Below the pieces are notes generated by a model. That model saw nothing but the letters and a program-made list of their open reading frames with translations, had not been told where the DNA came from and did no database searches. From Candidatus Obscuribacterales bacterium (GTDB taxonomy: Bacteria > Cyanobacteriota > Vampirovibrionia > Obscuribacterales > Obscuribacteraceae), in assembly GCA_965228855.1 (NCBI GenBank), contig CBDDIJ010000003.1, forward strand, positions 1,536,001-1,600,000: DNA of 64,000 nucleotides, read 5' to 3'. Below are positions 57,343 to 64,000 of this stretch, piece after piece. The first letter of the stretch is position 1. Each line of letters opens with the position of its first letter. The position numbers and the translations under genes were made by a program.

Positions 57343-58242
57343 ATGAAACGCCAGCGCCAATCGAGCGGCAAGATGCTGATTCTCATCGCGCTGGTTATCG
57401 TCTTAATCACATTCATTTTTCTCATCGGTATCGTGTTCGTGACTCTTCTGTCCCAGCACACCCGGTCTCAGTACAACGTCGATGCATTCGCTCTAAATCT
57501 TGCGAAGATATTGAACGACCACGATCGCGTCGGTCAAATGAATCAAGTTCTGGCACGTAACCGCGAGCTCATTTACACAACACGCCAGGATTATATTGGC
57601 TGCGAAGAACAGGGATTAAGCCATCTTGCTCCGCTCTGCGACCAGCTAATCAATGAAGCTTACGAAAGTCACGAATTAATCGAGAGCGAGCAACTTCATC
57701 AAATCGATGCTGTGTCGAAGGAGCTTGTGAAAGCAACGAGAGCATACAACAACAATCGCAACGGGAGCAGCATCTCGATCTTTCCCTGGCTGAAAACATT
57801 TGAGCCTGAAATTACCCGAGTGGACGTGGGATGTATCAAAAATGTTCAGTCGAACGTACGCGAATCGACAGTCGTCGAGCAACTTTTCGAACATGACAAA
57901 AAGCAAGGGTATTTGGAACCGAAGAGCGGCCTTTTTCGCGCAAACATAAACGCTAAATTGCCGGTGCCGGATGAACAACTGAAATTTAAATTCTCTGCGC
58001 TGCCCGCGTTCGTTGAAAACACTTGCGCACCACCGAGAGTGGCAAATCTCGAGATGTTCGAGCAATATCCGATCGTGATTCGCGACAAGAATTCCGGTTC
58101 GAAACCAAACGATCGATTACCATACGCAGTCAAGCTCTATACAACCATGGACGTGGCGCTGGATGCTGAAAAACTGGATCGGCACGAAATTACGGTTAAC
58201 TCCGTTGGTGTCGCTGGCGGTGCCATCTCCGACTACGAGTAG
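57343..58242 (+). CDS. Tad/TadG-like pilus-associated protein
   Basis: Basic N-terminus, G + TM helix, Q..VDA.AL..A motif. Confidence 0.55.
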   Translation: MKRQRQSSGKMLILIALVIVLITFIFLIGIVFVTLLSQHTRSQYNVDAFALNLAKILNDHDRVGQMNQVLARNRELIYTTRQDYIGCEEQGLSHLAPLCDQLINEAYESHELIESEQLHQIDAVSKELVKATRAYNNNRNGSSISIFPWLKTFEPEITRVDVGCIKNVQSNVRESTVVEQLFEHDKKQGYLEPKSGLFRANINAKLPVPDEQLKFKFSALPAFVENTCAPPRVANLEMFEQYPIVIRDKNSGSKPNDRLPYAVKLYTTMDVALDAEKLDRHEITVNSVGVAGGAISDYE

Positions 58243-58248
58243 CAGACG

Positions 58249-59844
58249 CTAGAGTTCAAAAGCCTTCAGCTGTTGAGCGACCTGGAGCGTGTGAATCTGT
58301 TTACCACCGGTTGCTTTTTTCACTTCTTCATTCAAAGCAACAAATCCGCTGTCGCTGGTTGGATCATCCGCACAAAGAAGCGACATCGGCACGTGCGTCA
58401 ACTGCACCACATCCTCCGGCGGGATACCCTTTACACGCGACTTCCCATAGGTTTGATCGACGTAAACTTTATTGATTTTCGTTCCGGGCGCCTTCACGAT
58501 GTTCCACTCGACTTGAGCGTGCGAGGAAAGAACTAGAATGCTGTTTGGAAACTTGGGTGTCAACTTGACTGTTACGTGCCCCATGATGTTAGGGTTATTG
58601 TCCTCACTTCTTGGCGTATCATGCGCCTGACCGAGATAAATAGCTTGCACGGCGGGATTCGAAATATAGTTCTTATTCACCCAGGTTGTCGGGGCATTGT
58701 CGTCGCCATTGTAGATGTAACCAGGTTGCCGCCCGTCCATCAGCAGCTGAATACTCTCCGAATTAGACATACCGACTGCGCCCACCACACCAAGGAGGAG
58801 AACGGAAATACCGGCGATAATCAAAGGCTTCTTGCTCTTGGACGGTGTGGACGAACTCGAATCGATTTTGGCAATTGGTTTTCCACTTTGAGTTCTGTAC
58901 GCAGCTGCATCCACCAAACAGTCGAGTGTTTTAGCACCAACTGAGGTAAAAGCGGCTACTTTCAATTCTTCAGCTGTTTGCCAGCGCTCGTCTGGATTTT
59001 TGCGCATCGCCTTTAGTATCACTTGTTCGAGCGCCGCCGGAATTCCAGCTGACGGTGCAATTTCGTTCATCGGTTCAGGTTCGTTGTGAACGTGAGCATA
59101 CATCATCTGTAAAGCGTTCTGAGCTCTAAACGGCGTTCTCCCCGTCAAGGTTTCATACATCAAACATCCAAGCGAATAAATATCGGTTCGATGATCGATC
59201 GGTCCCGCCTGGCACTGTTCGGGACTCATATAGTACGGGCTGCCGATTGTTTCATGAGCTGCGGTCAGCTGTGGTGCGTTTTTCTCAAGCGACTTGGCTA
59301 TACCAAAGTCGACGATTTTAGCCAATTCTATACCATCATCATTTTCTATCATGATGTTGGACGGTTTCAAATCGCGGTGTGCAACACCTTTCTTATGAGC
59401 GTGGCTCAGTGCATCACAAATTTGCGCAAAGATTCGCACCGCGCGTCGCGGCTCCAGCATTCCCTCTCGCGCGATCAAATCCGCCAGAGTCAAACCTTCG
59501 AGCAGGTCCATAATCAGATAAGGAGTGCCGTCTTCAAGTCGTCCAAAGTCAAAGACCGGGCAAACATTCGTGTGGCTCAGGCTAGCAGCTAGAGTCGCCT
59601 CTTGCTTGAACCTCGCGAAGATATCCTCGCTAACTCGAAAATCGGGGTGTAAAACTTTGATTGCGACTTTACGCCCGATTTCCACGTGCTCAGCCGCGAA
59701 AAGAGCGCCCATCCCGCCAGTGCCGACCAGCTTCTGGATCTGATAGCGCCCAATGGTCGTGCCAATATGCGTAACGTAAGCGCCCGAAGTCCCACCGCCA
59801 GCGGGCATCGGTGTGGTTTTATCGAAACTCTGGTCCTGCGTCAT
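58249..59844 (-). CDS. Hanks-type Ser/Thr protein kinase with TM and extracytoplasmic domain
   Basis: GTGGMG, VAIK, HRDLKPSN, DFG, GSPYYMSPEQ and DIYSLG motifs. Confidence 0.95.
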   Translation of the reverse strand: MTQDQSFDKTTPMPAGGGTSGAYVTHIGTTIGRYQIQKLVGTGGMGALFAAEHVEIGRKVAIKVLHPDFRVSEDIFARFKQEATLAASLSHTNVCPVFDFGRLEDGTPYLIMDLLEGLTLADLIAREGMLEPRRAVRIFAQICDALSHAHKKGVAHRDLKPSNIMIENDDGIELAKIVDFGIAKSLEKNAPQLTAAHETIGSPYYMSPEQCQAGPIDHRTDIYSLGCLMYETLTGRTPFRAQNALQMMYAHVHNEPEPMNEIAPSAGIPAALEQVILKAMRKNPDERWQTAEELKVAAFTSVGAKTLDCLVDAAAYRTQSGKPIAKIDSSSSTPSKSKKPLIIAGISVLLLGVVGAVGMSNSESIQLLMDGRQPGYIYNGDDNAPTTWVNKNYISNPAVQAIYLGQAHDTPRSEDNNPNIMGHVTVKLTPKFPNSILVLSSHAQVEWNIVKAPGTKINKVYVDQTYGKSRVKGIPPEDVVQLTHVPMSLLCADDPTSDSGFVALNEEVKKATGGKQIHTLQVAQQLKAFEL

Positions 59845-59947
59845 GCGTTCTCCTCACAAACATTATGAACGAGAAACCAATCTTGAGCGCCACTTGATAT
59901 CATTTAATGATTAGATATTGCGAGGCTCTGCGAAACATCGGAGATGT

Positions 59948-62170
59948 TCAGGTCATAATCTTTTGCCAGCGCCGAAACAAATCGCTGCGCTTCAGGAACT
60001 CCAGATGCATGTCTACAAGCATCGCACGGTCTTCTGAAGTGATAACGGGAAACTCACTAATGGAATCTGTTAGAGCCCGATCAATTGCATGCGGGCAAAG
60101 TCGATATTCTTCGACAAATAAAGTATGCATGAAGCGCCTTAACTCATCCGTCTTTCGGCTATCCCCCACACCATTACCGTCGAACGCGAAGCTTTCCCTC
60201 GAAAGGCTGGAAAGGTGTTCCTCTATCGCGTCCTTCAGTTCGGAACTACCTTTATCGAATGAAAGTATTTCGAGAACCTCGCGATACGGTTTAGCAGCTT
60301 CGTAATCGGAATCGTACATTCGCCTTACAACCGGCAACACAGTCAATCGCTGTTTACTTTCCTCGATGCACTCTAGAAGTGTTTTTTGCATGCGTTTAAA
60401 CCGAACATCACTTAAAGCAGCCACCAGCGATTCAGCATCCGATTTGCTGGCAACGAATAAAAGTTCCCTCAGCTTTTGCATGTCGTTTTGATGCAAGGAG
60501 TCTTCGAGGAACTCAAGCGCAAGAGTCTTAATGCGCCTTCTAAACACGGATGAATAGCCCTCGAGATTTTCGAATTGTTTATCGACTTCAACTGCTAGTT
60601 TGGCGAAATCTCTGACAGCACGCGAGTCGTCATGCTGCGCACGTTGCAAGACCGGACGAAACCAGGGGAAGCCAGAGATAAAACATAAGCGTAAACCGAG
60701 AAGCAGATGATGCGGCTTCGCCGAGTCTATCAGCCGTTTATGGTCATTCGTAGCTCTGCCCAAATCGGTCGGTTCAAATGAATTTGCATAAGTAGAAAGT
60801 ATGGGATGTGACTTAAGATCTGCAGTTGCGATAACGCTCTCGTTCTCCACGCCGGCACTTGAATCCAGTTCAATTTCGGTCAAGTTTTCCACGGCAGGCT
60901 CATCCTGCCAACGTCCGGAGCGCGCCTCGCGATAGAAACTCCAGAGATTGCGAATGTAATAAGAGTCCAACCCGGTGATTATAAACAGTACCACCGCCCC
61001 TAATACCAACAGTACGACAATAAAATCCTGGAGGTGTAATTGCTCCTTCAGCGCTGCCATCGCACCGCTAGTGATCATGGTGGCACAGGAAGTAAAAATG
61101 CAAATGAGGGACACAATTGTGCCTCGCTGGCTGCGAGGCACCGGAACGAGACACTGCCTTGTCACCGGCAATTGAACGCTCCTATTTATAACGTTATAGG
61201 TTACGAGCAAAATCACGACAGGCCAGAGCGGCGGAAGAATCAGAGCAATTCCCGAAAATAGCAAGATGTTCAGCGGTTGAAACGCAAATAAAGTGCTAAG
61301 CTGAAGCCGCCTGGTTAAGCGCCGTCCGACAAGATTTTGCATTGCAAGCGAACAAAAGATTGCAACCATTGTAGTAGAGCTGACAAATATCGCGATCCGT
61401 CGGGCAGAAGGTAAGCTGAGGTCCGCAGCTTGATAGAAAACGTACTCGATGACGAACTTCGTAACTTGTGACCAGATCATGATAATCATTGCGATTCGAA
61501 CCATATCATTGGCGAAGATGAATTTGAGTCCCTTCTGCAAACGATCCAAAACATTTGATTCATCGCTCTTAATGCCCGCTTTGGCTTCGACTCCATGCAG
61601 TCGAGAAACAGTAACATTGAACAGGGCGAAGTGAACCATCAGGCAGACCCAACCCAGCGGATACCAGTAGCCGAGCCAATGGTTGGCACTGAGAATCCAG
61701 ATAATTCCGGACGCCGTAATGCGCGCTATCAAGTCGGCAGAAATGATTTTTGCGTAAACTTCACGAAAAATAGCTGGATTTACCGACAGCTGAAGAATAA
61801 CCGGACCCAACGTGGTTCCTATCAAGTCAACCACTACCGTTGAAATTGCAAAAAGATACAGCAGCAAGTGGTTGTAGAGCACCATATGTGGTGAGTGCTG
61901 CTCAAGGAAGCACAGGATCGAAGCTACGAGTGTGAGCCCGATGAAGAGCTTGTAGACGCCATAGCCCTTCTTGTCTCCGAGTAGGGCGAAGTACAAGTAA
62001 AATACAACCGATGCGATACTGGCGAAGAAAAACAGCTGAGAGTAATTCTTTCCACCCACGGCTTTAACGAAAACACTGTTCACGAATATCAAACACATAC
62101 TGGTGAACATGCTTCGACAGAAAGCGCTGAATGCATGCGTTTTAAAAGTTGTCGCCTTAACCGCGTTCAT
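59948..62170 (-). CDS. MFS-fold membrane protein (NTT/TLC-like) with a helical HEAT-like C-terminal domain
   Basis: About 12 TM in the first ~410 aa (NSVFVKAVG, FVIEYVF, L.PVP..QRG), then a soluble helical domain. Confidence 0.6.
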   Translation of the reverse strand: MNAVKATTFKTHAFSAFCRSMFTSMCLIFVNSVFVKAVGGKNYSQLFFFASIASVVFYLYFALLGDKKGYGVYKLFIGLTLVASILCFLEQHSPHMVLYNHLLLYLFAISTVVVDLIGTTLGPVILQLSVNPAIFREVYAKIISADLIARITASGIIWILSANHWLGYWYPLGWVCLMVHFALFNVTVSRLHGVEAKAGIKSDESNVLDRLQKGLKFIFANDMVRIAMIIMIWSQVTKFVIEYVFYQAADLSLPSARRIAIFVSSTTMVAIFCSLAMQNLVGRRLTRRLQLSTLFAFQPLNILLFSGIALILPPLWPVVILLVTYNVINRSVQLPVTRQCLVPVPRSQRGTIVSLICIFTSCATMITSGAMAALKEQLHLQDFIVVLLVLGAVVLFIITGLDSYYIRNLWSFYREARSGRWQDEPAVENLTEIELDSSAGVENESVIATADLKSHPILSTYANSFEPTDLGRATNDHKRLIDSAKPHHLLLGLRLCFISGFPWFRPVLQRAQHDDSRAVRDFAKLAVEVDKQFENLEGYSSVFRRRIKTLALEFLEDSLHQNDMQKLRELLFVASKSDAESLVAALSDVRFKRMQKTLLECIEESKQRLTVLPVVRRMYDSDYEAAKPYREVLEILSFDKGSSELKDAIEEHLSSLSRESFAFDGNGVGDSRKTDELRRFMHTLFVEEYRLCPHAIDRALTDSISEFPVITSEDRAMLVDMHLEFLKRSDLFRRWQKIMT

Positions 62171-63372
62171 GACTTATCTATGGTGTTATCGTCACCCGAC
62201 TCCGGGCGGGACTCGAGTTCATTGGGCTCCAGCGTCTCCGTTTGCCAGAGATTTCCAAGATACTCACTCTTTTGAATTTTCTCGGCAAGAGCATTAATGG
62301 TCTTCGACAAATATCCAATTTCATCTTCGCCTGCGTAGGTGACTCGCGCGGAGAAATTACCGTTGTTAATTTGATTGACGGCATCTGCGACCTGCCGAAA
62401 GGGCTTGGCTAGCCGGTCTCCCACCACAATCGATGCCACCAGACTCAGGACCAGACCCAGCACCAACGCAACGAGAAGACGATATGTAAGTTCTTTGTTT
62501 TTCGCTTCGATGCGATGAGTATTGACGCCAAGAGTAACGACCAGTTTCAATTCATCAATCGGTAGCGAAATTACAATGTACTGACTTGGACCAAGATCTT
62601 CGTGATAATCGACAAAGGCGTTGCCGTCAATCTTGCTGTTTGGTCCATAGAAGTGCCTGGTCGCATGATCAGTATGCTCCCTAATTGCACTGTTGGCGTC
62701 CTTTTCGTTGATACCATCGCTGGTGAGAAAGTGTCCGTTGCTATCGGTGATAAGAATGAAATTATCCTGTCCAAGCTGCAATCCATGCAGCAAATGCTCA
62801 ATCTTTTGGAGTCGCGGAAAAACTGCGCCGCTAAGAACTCCGAAAATTTGAGTCTTTTCCCGGTCGGAAAATACAGGCGATACGTAGGTCTGATAGAGTG
62901 TTCCGTTAGGTGAGAAGAACACTTCCGAGGCACGCGATTTCTTTTCCTTGAGAACTCGGTCGGCTAACTCGATGAACGCTTTGTTCTTTCTTCGAAAGTT
63001 CGTCTTCGGTGTGTATGGTCCCATAGTGGAGCGGCGCTCGGCGAACACCAGCTCCCCATCAGCTCTATACATGTGGACCGTGTTGTAAATGTTGGGAAAG
63101 GCGAGAAATTCCTTGAGCGTGCTTTGCGCCTGTTTAGGTTCAAACGGTAAAAATCCCGGCATTTTGGTGACGTCGTCTAGCGCTTCCAAATCAGCACCGT
63201 AATTGGCTTTGACGTTGTTTATGATGAACGCGAGAGACGTCGTTGAGTCTGCCACTACAAACTGACGGATCGCCTCGTTAGTCAAGTAGTAAGCGACTGC
63301 CGAGACCACACCAAAGAAAATGATAATGATCACGAATAGTCGAATGAAGATAATGCTTTGAATCGACCGCAA
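62167..63372 (-). CDS. 2TM Cache-HAMP sensor protein without an output domain
   Basis: TM, extracytoplasmic Cache-like region (SEVFFS...SPVF, ITDSNG), TM, HAMP (KPF..V.DA...I..GNF.ARV....DEIG.L...IN), short acidic tail. Confidence 0.75.
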   Translation of the reverse strand: MRSIQSIIFIRLFVIIIIFFGVVSAVAYYLTNEAIRQFVVADSTTSLAFIINNVKANYGADLEALDDVTKMPGFLPFEPKQAQSTLKEFLAFPNIYNTVHMYRADGELVFAERRSTMGPYTPKTNFRRKNKAFIELADRVLKEKKSRASEVFFSPNGTLYQTYVSPVFSDREKTQIFGVLSGAVFPRLQKIEHLLHGLQLGQDNFILITDSNGHFLTSDGINEKDANSAIREHTDHATRHFYGPNSKIDGNAFVDYHEDLGPSQYIVISLPIDELKLVVTLGVNTHRIEAKNKELTYRLLVALVLGLVLSLVASIVVGDRLAKPFRQVADAVNQINNGNFSARVTYAGEDEIGYLSKTINALAEKIQKSEYLGNLWQTETLEPNELESRPESGDDNTIDKS

Positions 63373-63528
63373 TGGAAAAATCCTTAGCGTGGTCCGCCTA
63401 AAAAACTTCTGGATTCCGTAGATAGCTTACGCCATAGGCCCTTATTCCACATTTATGGAGCTTACGCACGGCTGCCGGCGGGTATAGAACAAGTGGGAAA
63501 CTCCCCGTAACTTCTGAGGAGCGTAGAA

Positions 63529-64000
63529 GTGAGAGTTAAGAACATTGTCGTCGCAGCGACATTTTTATTAGCCTGTTCACTCAACTTTGCAGAGCAGGCG
63601 CAGGCCGGTTCTGATGATTATGAAAAGGAGTTGTCGCGCGGACAGCGTCAGATCGTGAAGAAGGACTTCGAAGCAGCAGTCGCGTCTTTCACTGAGGTCT
63701 TGAGGCAAAATCCGAATGTGTACGAGGCCTACTTGCTAAGAGCTCAGGCGCGTGTAGCCATTAAAGACATGGATGGGGCGCTCTCCGACTACGATCAAGC
63801 AATCAAAGTCAATCCCAACGTCGTCGAGTCCTACATCAAACGCGGAGATCTACAGAGCAGTCAAGGCAATCAGCAAGCGGCGATTGATGACTACACGCAA
63901 GCTTTGCGATTGAACCCGAAAAATGGTTCTGCACATATGAAACGTGCTGAGGCCTACAAGCAAAACGGCGATTTTCTCAAAGCCGCCGATGACTATTCAT
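63529..64000 (+). CDS. Secreted TPR protein (3'-truncated by window edge)
   Basis: GAGGAG SD + GTG; MRVKNIVVAATFLLACS...AYLLRAQAR...DYDQAIKVNP...RGD...AIDDYTQALRLNP. Confidence 0.85.
   Translation, partial: MRVKNIVVAATFLLACSLNFAEQAQAGSDDYEKELSRGQRQIVKKDFEAAVASFTEVLRQNPNVYEAYLLRAQARVAIKDMDGALSDYDQAIKVNPNVVESYIKRGDLQSSQGNQQAAIDDYTQALRLNPKNGSAHMKRAEAYKQNGDFLKAADDYS

Noticed and set aside
1..64000. tRNA, rRNA, prophage or integrase genes
   Set aside because: No such sequences recognised by eye in genes or intergenic gaps; tRNAscan and Infernal were not run

Overview
Bacterial chromosomal window of roughly 50% GC, with no rRNA, tRNA or CRISPR array seen. The gene style (many secreted hypothetical and TPR proteins, TadE/G-like proteins, a Ser/Thr kinase) suggests a non-photosynthetic cyanobacterial relative such as Melainabacteria/Obscuribacterales; this is inference only. 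Main content: an SdpA/SdpB-like (DUF5819 + HTTM) pair, a MerC-like His-rich membrane protein, an IS1595-derived protein apparently lacking the DDE core, a sugar porter, an addBA-type helicase-nuclease pair, a complete his operon (hisL-G-C/HAD-B-H-F-A/I/E-D), rnz, an alkaline phosphatase, two ABC-F ATPases with arfB, two histidine kinases, an M13 peptidase, an AAA ATPase, a thaumatin-like protein, Tad-like genes and a Cache-HAMP / NTT-like MFS / kinase cluster. Most notable signals: (1) a dispersed ~24-28 bp palindrome family (core CCGATATCGG) forming arrays with an exact 33-bp period, one intergenic beside the IS1595-derived gene and one read in frame inside hisC, plus solo copies; (2) an unlisted His-rich leader peptide with a terminator/antiterminator ahead of hisG; (3) HisC-HAD and HisA-HisI-HisE fusions; (4) a PfkB kinase fused through a hydrophobic segment to a trypsin-like protease. 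All family assignments come from motif recognition by eye; no searches were run.
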